In this document: piece by piece, positions 24,805-41,841 of the stretch
Position numbering within the stretch: the first letter of the stretch is position 1
How the letters are laid out: the number at the start of each line of letters is the position of its first letter
NCBI RefSeq assembly: GCF_009914755.1
Contig: NC_060929.1
Reading direction: 5' to 3' (one strand)
Length of the DNA: 64,000 nucleotides
Source of the DNA: the human T2T-CHM13v2.0 reference genome, Homo sapiens
Position numbers and translations under genes: made by a program
Notes under the pieces: generated by a model
The model's database searches: none
What the model saw: the letters and a program-made list of their open reading frames with translations, nothing else
Told to the model about the DNA's origin: nothing

Positions 24805-26195
24805 TTTCAGCACTGTGCTTCTTATGGTTCGTTCCTTTATTATCTACAGTAGTTTTCCATCTATATTAGAAGAGCTAATTGACTTTGTTTTGCTCTTTTT
24901 GAGAATTTCAGAATGAACATTTACTGCGCCCATGAATGGGAGCATTCAGTGAGAAACCAAATGAAGACCAGCAGATCTTTCAAATAGCTCTTTTAATTCA
25001 TTGTTAAATATCTCCCTTTTCTCAGTCTGTGTGCATGACAGGTCAACCATGGAGACACACAGCCCAACCTGGGAAAATCCAGGAGAAAGGAATATAAAGC
25101 ATATGGCTAAAAAAAAGTCAAAAACTTGTAGGTTGTGTCCTAGACACTTCGGAACAGTCCTTAGTTAGGAGAACCATGAAATACAGAGCATCATTTCACA
25201 GCCAGTAAAAGAGGCAAAACAGATGTTTGGCATTTTCCTTCTGTGGAAGTGCATACAGCATTTAAACCATATTTTGGTTTTCCTTCAATGCAAGGCATTG
25301 TGGGTTGTTTCCAAGAACAGGAGGAAGAGAAGAAAGAGAATGGAACCAGGATGTGGCTTGAGACTTCAGGTGGAAGAGGTGGAGGATAATCCTGCAGAGC
25401 TGTATTTAAGGAGGAAGCTGGGAAACCAAGGCAAAGTTCAAAGACAACATAGTTAGAAGCACAATTCTGGGGGCCTCCAGTCAGAAGTGGGACCATGTCA
25501 AGGGTCAAGGTGGGTGTCAGGTGTGTGGGCTACTCATATTCAGGAGACCCAGTCATTCATATCATAACCTCAGGTGTTGGAGGAGGTAGCCGGCAGAACT
25601 CCAGGGCCAAGGAAAAGGACTGAGCAAGACAAAACAAGAGGCAGGTTTGGTCATGGGTGGGGAAGGGATTGGATGAAACTTAGGGGCAGATCCCATGACA
25701 CAAACCAACTTGCTATGGCAGAAACCAAACTGTGACCTGGCCAAGTTGGGCAGATGAGGTAGGGAGAGCATCTATTCACGGATGGCTGTGGGGAGCTTCA
25801 GGCCTTAATGCATTGGGCAAAGAAGGAGACTCTAGGTTTGGATTTTCACAAACCTCTCAAATCATGCAAAAAGCACCTGAATTTGGAAGAAAATTCTAAC
25901 TATCACCAGAGGTTTGAGGTGAATTGCCTTAGGACTTGGAGTGGGCCAAGGTAGCCGGTAGGGCGTGTAGGAAGAGCAGGAGTTTGGGTCCATGTCTGAG
26001 AATTTCGGAGAAGGCAGAGGTAAGGAAAGTAAATAAGATTAAACCTGACTCTGGGGTCTGGGACTGAAATCTGGGAAAAGGATTGTGAAGCAGTGGGTTT
26101 GGACTAAGTAAGTAGTAAAAAACTTAACTGTTTCTCAGGTTGATTGGAGATTTGGCAGATAATGTGCATATATATAAATAATTAAGCCATTCTTA

Positions 26196-29100
26196 GAATT
26201 CCAATTCCATCCAGGTTGCTGTGAATGCAATTATTTCATTCCTTTTTATGACTGAGTAGTATTCCATGGTGGAAATATACCACATTTTCTTTATCCACTC
26301 ATTGGTTGAGGGGCATTTAAGCTGGTTCCATATTTTTGCAATTGTGAACTGTGCTGCTATAAACATGCGTGTGCAAGGGTCTTTTTCATATAATGACTTC
26401 TTTTCCTCTGGGTACATAACCAGTAGTGGGATTGCTGGATCAAAAGGTAGTTCTACTTTTAGTTCTTTAAGGAATCTCCACAATGTTTTCCATAATGATT
26501 GTACTAGTTTACATTTCCACCAGAAGTGTAAAGGTGTTCCCTTTTGTCCACATCCATGCCAACATCTATATTTTTTTAATTTTAAATTATGGCCATTCTT
26601 GCAGGAGTAAAGTGGTATCTTATTATGGTTTTAATTTGCATTTCCCTGATAATTAGTGATGCTGAGCTTTTTTGTATGCTTGTTGGCGATTTGTATATCT
26701 TCTTTGAGAATTGTCTGTTCATGTCCTTAGCCCACTTTTTGATGGAATTATTTTTTTTTCTTGCTGATTGTTTGAGTTCCTTCTAGATTCTGGATATTAG
26801 TCCTTTCTTAGATACGTAGTTTAAGAATATTTTTCTCCCACTCTGTTGGTTGTCTGTTCACTACGCTGATTTTTTTCTTCTGCTGTGTGTAAGCTTTTTA
26901 GTTTAATTAGGTCCTATCTACTTATTTTTGTTTTTGTTGCATTTGCTTTTGAGTTCTTGGTCATGAACTCTTTGCTTAAGCCAACATCTAGAAGTGTTTT
27001 TCTGATCTTATCTTCTAGAGTTTTTATGGTTTCAGGTCTTAGATTTAAGACTTTGGTCCATCTTGAGTTGATTTTTGTAAGATGAGAGATGAGGATCCAG
27101 TTTCATTCTTCTACATGTGGCTTGCCAATTACCACAGCACCATTTGTTGAATAAGGTGTCCTTTCCCCACTTTATGTTTTTGTTTGCTCTGTCAAAGATC
27201 AGTTGGCTGGAAGTATCTGGCTTTATTTCTGGGTTCTCTATTCTGTTCCATTGGTCTATGTGCTTATTTTCATGCCAGTACCATGCTGTTTTGGTAACTA
27301 TAACCTTGTAGTATAGTTTGAAGTTAAGTAATGTGATGCCTTCCGATCTGTTCTTTTGGCTTAGTCTTGCTTTGGCTATACAGGCTATTTTTTGTTCCAT
27401 ATAAATTTTAGAATTTTTTTCTAGTTCTGTGAAGAATGGTGATGGTATTTTGATGGGAATTGCATTGAATCTGTAGATTGCGTTTGGCAGCATGGTCGTT
27501 TTCCCAATATTGATTCTACCCATCCATGAGTATGGGATGTGTTTCCATTTGTTTGTGTCATTTATGATTTCTTTCAGCAGCGTTTTGTAGTTTTCCTTGT
27601 AGAGATCTTTTACCTCCTTGGTTATGTATATTCTAAGTATTTCATTTTTTTTGCAGCTGTTGTAAAAGGGATTTAGTTCTTGATTCGATTATCAGCTGGG
27701 TCATTGTTGGTGTATAGCAGTGCTACTGATTTGTGTGTAATACATTGATTACTTGTATCATGAAACTTTCCTGAATTCATTTATCAAATCTAGGAGCTTT
27801 GTGGATGAGTCTTTAGGGTTTTCTAGGTATACAATCATATCATTGGTGAACAGCAAGAGTTTGATTTCCTCTTTAGCGATTTGGATGCCCTTTATTTCTT
27901 TCTCTTATATGCTTGCTCTGGCTAGGACTTCCAGCACTATGTTGAATAGAAGTGGTGAAAGTGGGCATCCTTGTCTTGTTCCAGTTCTCAGAGGGAATAC
28001 TTTTAACTTTTCCCTTTTCAGTATAATGTTGGCTGTGGGTTTGTCGTAGATGGCTTTTATTACCTTGAGGTATTTCCCTTCTATACCAATTTTGCTGAGG
28101 GTTTTAACAATAAAGTGATGCTGGGTTTTGTCAAATGACTTTTCTGCATCTATTGAGATGATCATATGATCATTGTTTTTAATTATGTTTATGTGATGTA
28201 TCACATTTATTGACTTGCATATGTTAAACCATCCCTGCATCCCTGCATCCCTGGCATGAATTGATGTATGATCAATTAATCATGATGTATTATCTTGATC
28301 ATGAAGTATTATCTTTTGGAAATGCTGTTGGATTCAGTTAGCTAGTATTTTGTTGAGGATTTTTGCATCTATGTTCATCAGGGATATTGGTCTGTAGTTT
28401 TCTGTTTTTTGTTACGTTCTTTCCTAGTTTTGGTATTAGGGTGATACTGATTTCATGGAATGATTTAGGGAGGGTTCCCTCCTTATCTTTTGGAATAGTT
28501 TAAGTAGGATTGGTACAAATTCCTCTTTGAATGTCTGATAGAATTCAGTTGTGAATACATCTGGCCCTGGACTTTTTTTTCTTGGCAATTTTTAAATTAC
28601 TGTTTCAATCTCACTGCTTGTTACTGCTTTGTTCAATGTTTCTATTTCTTCCTCGTTTAATCTAAGAGGGTTGTATATTTCCAGGAATTTGTCCACCTCC
28701 TGTAGATTTTCTAGTTTGTGCACATAAAGGTTTTCATAGTAGCTTGAAATGATCTTTTATGTTTCTGTGGTATTGGTTGTAATATCTCCCATTTCTTTTC
28801 TAACTGAGCTTGTTTGGATCTTCTCTCTTCTTGGTTAATCTTGCTAATGGTCTATCAATTTTGTTTATATTTTCAAAGAACTAGCCTGTTGTTTCATTTA
28901 TCTTTTGTATTTTTTGTTTCAATTTCATTTAGTTCTACTCTAATCTTAGTTATTTCTTTTCTTCTGCTAGGTTTGGGCTTGGTTTGTTCTTGCTTCTCTA
29001 GTTCCTTGAGATAGATTGTCTGTTTTTGCTCTTTCAGACATTTTCATGTAGGCATTTAATGCTATGAAATTTCCTCTTGGCACCACTTTTGCTGTATCCC

Positions 29101-29438
29101 ATAGGTTTCAATAAGTTGTGTTACATTGTTCAGTTCAAATAATTTTTAAATTTCCATCTTGATTTCATTGTTGGCCCAAAGATCATTCAAGAGCAGATTA
29201 TTTCATTTCCATGTATTTATATAGTTTTCTGGGTTCCTTTTGGAGTTAATTTCCAGTTTTATTCCATTGTGGTTTGGGAAAATACTTGATATAATTTTGA
29301 CTTTCTTAAATTTATTGAGACTTGTCTTGTGATCTATCATATGGTCTATCTTGGAGAATGTTCCATGTGCTGATGAAAAGAATGTGTGTTCTTCAGTTAT
29401 TGGATAAAATGTTCTGTAAATATCTGTTAAGTACATTT
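26196..29438 (-). mobile_element. Old primate L1 (L1PB-like), 3' portion: decayed ORF2 (EN C-terminal part, RT, C-terminal region)
   Basis: ORF fragments LTDIYRTFYP..., [17 protein letters not shown]...[27 protein letters not shown]...IPIKIP...TAWYW and [20 protein letters not shown]...WMELE. Confidence 0.95.
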
Positions 29439-32180
<2,742 letters not shown>

Positions 32181-35100
32181 CTGTTAAGCCCATTTATTAT
32201 AGGGTATAGATTAAATCCATTGTTTCTTTGTTGATTTTCTGTCTTGATGACCTGTCTAGTGCTGTCAGTGGAGTATTGAAATCCCCCACTATTATTGCAT
32301 TGCTGTCTATCTCATTTTTTATGTCTAATAGTAATTGTTTCATAAATTTGGGAGCTGCAGTGTTAGGTGCATATATATTTAGAATTGTGATATTTTCCTG
32401 TTGGACTAATCCTTTTATCATTATATAATGTTTCTCTTTGTCTTTTTTTTTTTTTAACTATTGTTGCTTTAAAGTCTGTTTTGTCTGATATAAAAAGTGC
32501 CACTCCTGCTCGTTTTTGGTTTCCATTTGCATGGAATACCTTTTTCCACCCCTTTACCTTTATGTAAGTCCTTATGTGTCAGGTGAGTCTCTTAAAGGCA
32601 GCAGGTACTTGGTTGGTGAATTTTTATTCATTCTGCCATTCGGTATCTTTTAAGTGGAGCATTTAGACCATTTACATTCAACATTATTATTGAGATGTGA
32701 GGTACTGTTCTATTCATCATGCTAGTTGTTGCCCAAATACTTTTTTTCCCACTGTGTTATTCTTTTATGAGCCCTGTAAGATTTATGCTTTAAGGAGGTC
32801 CTATTTTGTGGTATTTTGAAGTTTTGTTTCAAGAACTCCTTTTAGCATTTCTTGTAATGCTGGCTTGGTGGTGGTGAATTCCCTCAGCATTTGTTTGTCT
32901 GAAAATACTTTACCTTTCCTTCATTAATGAAGCCTAGTTTTGCTGGATAATTCAATATTCTTGGTTGACAATTATTTTGTTTCGATAGGCTAAAGATAGG
33001 GCCTTGATCCTTTCTGGCTTGTAAGGCTTCAGCTGAGAAATCTGCTGTTAATCTGATTGATAGGTTTTCCTTTATAGGTTGCCCAATGCTTTTGTCTCAT
33101 GGCCCTTAAGATTCTTTCCTTTGTCTTGACTTTAGATAACCTGATGACTATGTGCCTAGGTGATGATCTTTTTGTGATGAATTTCCCAAGTGTTCTTTGA
33201 GCTTCCCGTATTTGGATGTCTAGATCTCTCACAAGACCAGGGAAGTTTTCCTTGATTATTTCCTCAACTAAGTCTTCCAAACTTTTAGATTTCTCTTCTT
33301 CCTCAGGAACGCCAATTATTATTCAGTTTGGCCATTTAACACAATTCAAAATTTATTGGAGATGTTATTTATTGTTTTTTTATTCTTTTTTCTCTGTCTT
33401 TCTCTGATTGGGATAATTTGAAAGCCTTTTCTTCAAACTCTGAATTTCTTTCTTCTACTTGTTCTAATCTATTGAAACTTTCCAGCGCATTTTGTATTTC
33501 TCTAAGTGTGTCTTTCGTTTCCAGAAGGTTTGATTGTTTTTCTTTATGATATCTATTTCTCTGGAGAATTTTTCATCCCTATCTTGATTTTAAAATTTCT
33601 TTAAGTTGGTTTTCAACTTTCTCTGCTGCCTCCTTGAGTAACTTGATAATCAACCTTCTGAATTCCTTATCTGGCAATTCAGAGATTTCTTTTGGGTTTA
33701 GATCCATTGCCAGGGAGCTAGTGTGATCTTTTGTGAGTGTTATAAAACCTCGTTTTGTTATATTATCGGAATTAGTTTTCTGGTTCTGTCTCATTTAGGT
33801 AGACTATTTCAGTGGAAAGATATGGAACCCAAGGCCTGCTGTTCAGATTCTTTTGTGCTATGGGATGATCCCTTGATGTAGTGCACTCCCACTTCCATTA
33901 GGGAAGGAGCTTCCTGAGAGCCAGACTGCAGTAATTGTCATTGTTCTTCTGAATCTAGCCACCCAGTGGGGCTACAAGGCTCCAGGCTGGTGCTGGGGAA
34001 TGTCTGCAAAGAGTCCTGTGATGTGATCCATCTTCATATCTCCCAGCCATGGATACCAACACCTGCTCTGGTGGATGTGTCAAGGGAGTGAATTAGACTC
34101 TGTGAGAGTCCTTGGTTGTAGATATGTTTAGTGTGCTGACTTTCTTAAATGCTGGTTATGCTAGTAGTGACATTGTCACATGGACAGACTCAGGACCTCT
34201 AGTTAGCCAGAATGTTGCAAGTGGTGGAATTAGCTGTTGTTTTCTCCTTCCCGTGAGCAGGGTTATTATGTCATGTGTTGCTGGAATGGCCTGAGTTGGT
34301 TTGCCTCCAGCCAGGCGGTGGCACTTTCAAGACAACACCAGCTGTGGTAGTAGTAGGGAGATGTAAGCTTGCCCTAAGTTGGCCAGGGTAAGTATTCTGG
34401 TTTCTCAGGTGATGGGTGGGGCCATAAAGTTCCCAAGAGTTTCTATCTTTTGTGTTCGGCTACCAGGGTTGGTAGAGAAAAAATATCAGGTTGGGGCAGG
34501 GTTACATGGGTCTGGGCTTAGACTGTCCTTGGGTGGGGATTGCCATGGCTGCTGTGTGGGATAGGGGGTGGTTCTCAGGCCAATGGTGTTGTGTTGCAGA
34601 GGGGATTATGGCTGCCTCTTCTGTGTCATATAGTTTGCCAGGGAAGTAGGGGATAGCCAGTAGTGAAAGGCCTCACCCAGCTGTCATGCAGTTGGTGAGT
34701 CTGGTCTTACTCCTCTAATGCCCTGCTCAGACCTTGTCCCAGGCTGTAAGCTTTCCCACTGAGAAAGCAAGCACAGCTTTCCCTGTCTGTCCACAATATT
34801 GTTGTTGGCTCCTGTGCTCATATCTACAGCAGTTTTGCCCCCCAGTTTGCCCCCCAGATTCTGTTCAAGAAAATTTGTGCCCAGTTGAAATTATTACAAA
34901 TTTCAATTGGAAGCTACTTTCACCCTGTGACCCCTCCCTAGTTCTGCTGGCTGCCTTCCCCAAGGCCGATTGTGAGATATAGTCAGAGATGACTTCCCTG
35001 GGTTTGAGCTGGAGACTACAAGTGCCTACAGGGCTCTTCCCACTGCTGCTTCTACTTTTTTATTTTGTGTGGCTCCCTAAATCTGTTTCAGCTCTAGGTA

Positions 35101-35395
35101 AAGTTAAATCCTTCTCCCAGGATCTGGATTTTCAGATTCACCAGTGGGGATATGTATTTGGAGGCAGGTATTTTCCCTTTCACACTTTAGGAACTCACAG
35201 TTTTTTGCTTGTCTTACAGAATTTGCAGTGATGTACTGCTTCTTTCAAAGGATCTGTGAATTCTTTCAGTTTTCCTGGTACATTCTTGCTATGGTTCCTG
35301 GAGCAAAAGTTTACAGTGTGAGTCTCCACACACTGTTCTGTCCATCTAAGTGGGAGGTACATGTTAGCTCTGTCTCCTATTCACCACCTTTCTCC
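32181..35395 (-). mobile_element. Same L1, 5' portion: 5' UTR, decayed ORF1 and N-terminal ORF2 endonuclease
   Basis: ORF fragments ENITILNIYAPN...IIVGDFNTPLTALDRSSRQKINKE (EN), EEIIKENFPGL...SSPRHIVIRLSKVKTKERILRA (ORF1) and ELPDKEFRRLIIKLLKE (ORF1 N-terminus). Directly continuous with the 29436 segment. Confidence 0.93.
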
Positions 35396-38300
35396 TGATC
35401 TCCAGGATATTTTAATTCTGTTATTAATTTCTCATTTAATTGCTTGGTAGTCATAGAATATAATCTGTGTAATGCCAGCTCTCTGACACTTGTTGACTTT
35501 TATCTATAGCTGAGAATACATTAATTTTTGTAAATATTCCCTGTGTGTTTGAGAAGGCAGGTCCAGGTGAAAGTTCATTCCCAGAGAGGATTAGCGATTT
35601 CTTCTGCAAGGTGCTTGGGCCCTCCATTAGCCTGAGTTCATTCTAAAATTAATTCTCAATGAAAATATGAATTTGTTCTGTAAACCCAAAGGAAGGCCAC
35701 TTTGTGGTTTCAGTCTCAGGGATATTTTTTCCATTCACTCAGTGCAAAGGTTTTGGAAGTTTCTTTGCTGTCTTCTGTCTATGGCCTCTTTCATTTATCC
35801 TTTCACTGAGCTTTTAGTCATATAAAAAAGGGAATGTGATCTTTTCCACTTTTCTTTCTATCTATGGCAGAGACATGGGGAAACATTTCCACATCATAAA
35901 AATCTACAGCTCCAGTGCTGTGATAAATGCCCAATGCTGCTCAGCCTCAGGAGGAGAGTCACAGGGCATGCTGGGGCCTTGGTTCCTGGAGAACTTTCCT
36001 CCCCTTCTCACTGTCATTCCCCCAAACATACAGGCAATAGCAATTCTGGAGTTCAGTTTCTTCCTGGGAAGTCTTGTGCGATCTTCTGGTTTAAAACAAA
36101 CATTTCTGATATCCCCATTTTCAAAAATGTATCATCTCTTGATTTCTAGATGTTGGCTCAGTTTTTTCTTTTTGAAAGCACTGTGCAGGCCAAATCTAAC
36201 TTCCTGCAGGCAGAACATGGCCTGTGGGCTAACAGTTTGAGACCCCTATACTAGATGGCTTAAGATACATGTTATTATATGGCTATGCTATATATATTAT
36301 ATAACATATGAATGTGTTATATGTCTATGATATAACATAATATATGTTATATAATAACAAACATGTTATTCATATAGAAACAAAGTAATTTAGTAAATTG
36401 GGGCAAAGATTTTTTGTGTAGGGCATAAAAATATCTGAATATCTGGTTTCTAATAAATGCTGCCATTTCTCTAGCGATCTAGGGTTAAAATGTCAGCTAA
36501 GCACAGAGGGAGGAAAGTCTGCTGGTTCAACTGATGTTCCCCCAGCAGGGAGAGCCAGGCTCCCTGTTATCACAACAAGGCAATCCTGGTGATAAACTAG
36601 ACATAATGTGCACACTGGATTAGATTCTTGCCTTCCCTCCTCTGCCCCACTCCACACACACATCTGTACTGTGAATACCAAATACTGATCATTTCTCTGT
36701 ACAGCCCAAATGTCCACAGGATTTTCACCTCATAATATGTTGGAGTGTAAAGGTCCCCAAGAGCTACAGAGATTTGCAGAGGAAAAAATTCGCTCTGCCT
36801 TGGGTCCTCTGAGCAATGCTTGTGTTGCTGAAACCCGTGCCTTAATGATGTTGATCCGGGCTGCTCTCCGCTGCCAGCCTCTCGAGTGATCCAGGTAATC
36901 TGAGCTCCTGAGGCCTCTGGCCAGGCCACGCAGCCAGAAGGAAGTCATTTCCTTTCCCTTGGAGGTAATGCACATCCACAGGGCAAGGCCACGTGGTTCA
37001 AAGGCCAGCTTCACCTTTTGCGTGGGGGTGACACAGACCTGGCAGGAGCCCTTTGAAATGCCAGGGCAGGCTGTAGGCTGACTGAGAGGGCACTCAACCA
37101 TGCAACAGCTGGAACCCATTAAGGTTGGCAATTTTTGCCCAAGGGACGAAATTGCCTTTACATTGGCAAGGCCAAGGACTTGGCTCACACTTGACTGATG
37201 TTTGAAAAGAGATGCTTCAGGGAATTTGAGGCAAAGGAGGTGAGACTGTCCCCTGGGGCCCTGTTTCATGCTGGAGCAACCTGCCTGTGGAAGTAATTAG
37301 GTGCTGCGCTGATGGGCTCCCTGTCAACTTAATGACACTTCACTGTGTCCAGGAATGGTTGTCCACAGGGTGCAGAGCCATTCTGTGAAATTTCCTTGAG
37401 GGTAAATGGCCTACACAAAGAGAAGGGATTCAAACAAGAATGATGATGTGGTTTCCCTCCTGTTATTATTATTTTAAATGCTAATACCATCAGTCCATAC
37501 TATTTGATCTGTGTTTAGAAAAAAAAATACAGTATATATTTCTGAGGGTGTTTTATTCTGATAATTTTTCTATTCCTCCATTTACAAATGCACACATAAT
37601 TGTTATAAAGTCATCTTTAAACCATAAATTTATTTAAAAGTCAAAATTATCTTTTAATGTAACTCCATATCAGATATAATTTATGAGCATGACTACATTC
37701 TAGTAAGTTAGCTATGGCAAAAGCCTGAATATGAAACAACATATTTTCTTCTAGGAAGATAAGCTGTAGGGTACAGAGCTGGGAACTGGGAGCCAGAGTT
37801 CTGGTTCCAGTACTGCAAGATGCTTGCTAAAGGCAGAGGCTGATGATCAATTAAATTCAGGAGTTGCTGTGCCCCATATTTCATTTTTGGAGATTGATAT
37901 CACACATTAGCATATTAAGATATATCAAATTAAGGAAACTAAAAACCTTTTCCATATTCCTTTGCTACTGTGATTTCAAATGGATTTAGATTTCATCAAT
38001 TAGTTGCACTAGTGTAAGATTTGAGTCCAGAAGTAGTCGGAGAAGAGGTAGTGGGGTATGAGGCACCAGTTTAGCTATCCAGATATAGTAGATACAGAAT
38101 GACTTTGGAGCCAAAAGTTCCAGCAATAACTTCTAGTCCCTGGATTCACAGTAGGGTGGAGTGTTTCTGGGACAGCTGAAGAGGCATGCTTGCAGAGGCA
38201 GCTTCTTGATTCCCAGATTTAAGGCAGTTCAATCATGAAGCCAGCAGTTGCCATGGCAGCTTTGAGATTCCCAGCTCATTGCCTATAGCTAGGGCAACAG

Positions 38301-38900
38301 TTCCTTTAGCCTGCCAGTTGAGCAATGTTATTCTGAAACTCATTCCTAAAAATCCATTCTAAAGCCTATTATTCTAGGTATTCAACAATTTCCTGAATTA
38401 AGTTTCTTTCTGCCTAAGGTAACTACTAATAGAATGGTGTCTCTTACCTACAACGAATCCTCTCCTTGTACACTGTGGTTCTCACTCTTGGAAATATTGC
38501 TCTAAAGTATCTTTCATGATCCTGTGACTTGGGAGAAACACACATACCCTTTCCTCTTGACCTACAACAGCTCTTGTTGGTAGGAAGTATTTGCTCCCCT
38601 ATTTTCTCTAGTAGTACACTCTTATAACCCGTGGATTCTCCCTTTTACCTGTTAGTACTCTGACCATGCTGCTGTGTCTCTTTGGAGGACTCAGCCTTCT
38701 CCTGGGGCAGGTTAGGGAGATGCCAAGATTAAAAAATGGTGCATTCTTGTTTACTTGAGCACTCAACACAGTGCCTGACTGAATGGGCATTTGGAAATCT
38801 TTAAGTGATTAACTTTCAATAAATGGCAAGAAGTTCAGAGATTCAGAATGTTTTTTAACATCCTGTGAAATTGCATTGTCACTTTATATGTCACATTCTA

Positions 38901-39243
<343 letters not shown>

Positions 39244-41803
39244 ATGTGTGATGTTCTCAAATCATAGATAACAGTTCCTCGTATTACTAAAGAAGTTCCT
39301 TTGGAAATTTGCAGCCTAGAGTTTTCCTTGAGTGATAAAGAAGACAAAGATGAACCATTAATTACTTAAAGTTGTAACTTTTGTACAATTATATTTAGCA
39401 AGAGGTTTGATGTAAATTTTCATTAATTCTAATTACACGGTACTTTATTAAAATAATTTGTGATGAATTTAGAAACACAACTAACATCCACCAGAAACAT
39501 CAGAGCTTATAGTTTGGACTTTCCTAGGGGCAATTTGTGTCAAGGCACCCGTGTTTGGGGTGGAGTTTTCAGTTTGCTGAGGATGACTCCGTGTGAGTCT
39601 TGGGGTACGCTCTGGTGCATATTGGTGAACGTAATTCCTGCCCCTGTGGTTTCCTCACAACCTTTCAAGCAGGAAGAGTCTCAGAACTTCTAGTTGTGAC
39701 TGCCCATAGCATTTTCAGGCCTTTTTTGGAAAAAAAGTCTTTTTTTCTTTCCACAGAACCAAATTCTCAGTACAGCATTATTGATTACTTTCTCCTGTCT
39801 TGTTTGTGTGGGGGGGGGGGGGGCGGGGGGGGGCAGGGGAGTTAGGGGTAAACTAGCACATATTTAAGCTATGCCACAATGTTAATTTACCCTAAAAATA
39901 CTACTGCTTGAAGTCTGCACTTCCCTTAAGGTTAGTTTTTTTCCAAGTGGTATTTTTCATCTTCATAAGATGGCTCTTACACAAAGGGGACAGATACCTG
40001 AGGATGCTCTGAGATTGACACAGCGTTTGCCAGTGTGATGTGTTTGCCAATGTGAACAATTGCAAGAGAAGAGTTGGATGCTCTGACAAAAAACTTGAAG
40101 CAGACTTCACATGGGAACAGGTCTGGGTGAATGTGTTTCTGTGAAATATTTTATTCCACAGGTGGAAAAGACTGTTAAAGAAAACTCTTAGCTTGGCACA
40201 AAAGAGCATTATCAAGTAATAATTACTTGTGTATGCTAACGCTAAATTCTTGGGAGAAAACTTGGAGAGACTGCCCTGGGGCATTTTTTTGAGACTTCTA
40301 CTAAACTTTTGATGAAATTTCATGAATTGGAGATCCTATGATTTAGGGACTAATTATGTGTTCTCCAATGCACCTTTATTTAATTTCCATCCCTTTAGCT
40401 GAAATCTGACTCTGAGGAATGCAAACAGGAAGGGGTGGGAAAGGTGCCTCCAAGTACTGAAGAGTCTTTGAGACACAGTTGTCTGACAAACATTTCCTTT
40501 AGCAGTGTCCTCAGGTCTCTTGCCGATGTGGCTTTGCTGACATTACACACAATATCTCTTTGCTCCAAATGTTGAACTAATCAGGACTGTTTTTTAGTGA
40601 ATTCAAAAAAAGAAAAAAGAAAAAGAAAAGGCCCTAATATGTTATTTATTTTTCTATTTCATTTTTACATCTCTATTTCTTTTTCAGTTTAGTGAATTGA
40701 GGATGCAGAAAAAATGCAAATAACTATGTTGTAAAACAAATAACACATTTTTCTTGAGAAAAACAAGCCAGGCTCTGTGCCACTTGGATTCTAAAATAAG
40801 ATCCATATTTTAAAACAATATCCCAGAGCTGTTTATTAATTTAAATAATAGATTCATTACCAAGCCCTGGCTTCAACTGAGTATAGAGAACTAGTGTGAA
40901 TGTGTCTTTTAATGAAAAACACTACCTTCAGGAATACCAGACACCTACTAAATTATAGTACTTAGCAGAAGACGACAGATGAATGGCATGACGGTGACTA
41001 TAATGAAGTATGTTGGAGTTGGTAAGGCAGAAAGGGAAATGGAGTTTCACCTATGATCACACTTTGGACAAGGAAAGACCACCTTTAAGAAATAAGTTAT
41101 TTTAAAAAAAGGAAGAAATGGGAGAAGGTGGTGTTTTTCATTTTTATTCATTCCTTCTTCCAAGTTTTCCCCATTAAATTTGTAAACCATAAGGTACATT
41201 ATGCCACTGTTATTATTGGTTATCAAAACAAGACAGTTAATGTACTCTAAAGGCACATTAAAAATAAGAGTTAAAGGTGTACCCTTTCCATGGTGACCTT
41301 ATGTGGAACCAAAATCTTTGTTCTTTCTTGTTATGTCCTTTTCCTACACTGCCAGCCCACAGAATTTCACAGAACCTTAGAGATGCAGTCTCACTAACTC
41401 TCTTTTGACACCTACGTATCTCAGGAACCCGTCTCCAAAAAAGCACTTGAAGTTTTTATTTTGTTCGATTTTCAGAATGAATTTTGAAGTGGAATCCACC
41501 AAAAAAAAACAAAAAACAAAAAACCAGCCTTGAAAAACTTGGTTCATTTGCTCTAATTGTTATTGACTGAAAACTAACTAATTTGCTAACCTATGTTCTT
41601 TCTATTCTTTCAACTCATTAAATAATCTAATTTGAAAAGCCTTTAAAGTTGAACGCAATTCCCAGGTAACTACCATCCTTTCCTCTGGGCTTATTAAATG
41701 TTTCTTTACCCTTCCTTGGAGTGATTTTTCAAGAGGCTAATGGTTTTCATTTGGCCCAAGCTATATTTTATCTCATATTTTATTTTGTGGAACAATTCCT
41801 GTG

Positions 41804-41841
<38 letters not shown>

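Noticed and set aside
36597-37269. 179-aa and 110-aa minus-strand ORFs in unique sequence
   Set aside because: No recognisable domain or splice context; consistent with chance ORFs in GC-richer DNA.
41806-41839. Solitary A34 tract as a retrocopy tail
   Set aside because: No upstream SINE, LINE or mRNA homology and no clear TSD; treated as a mononucleotide repeat.
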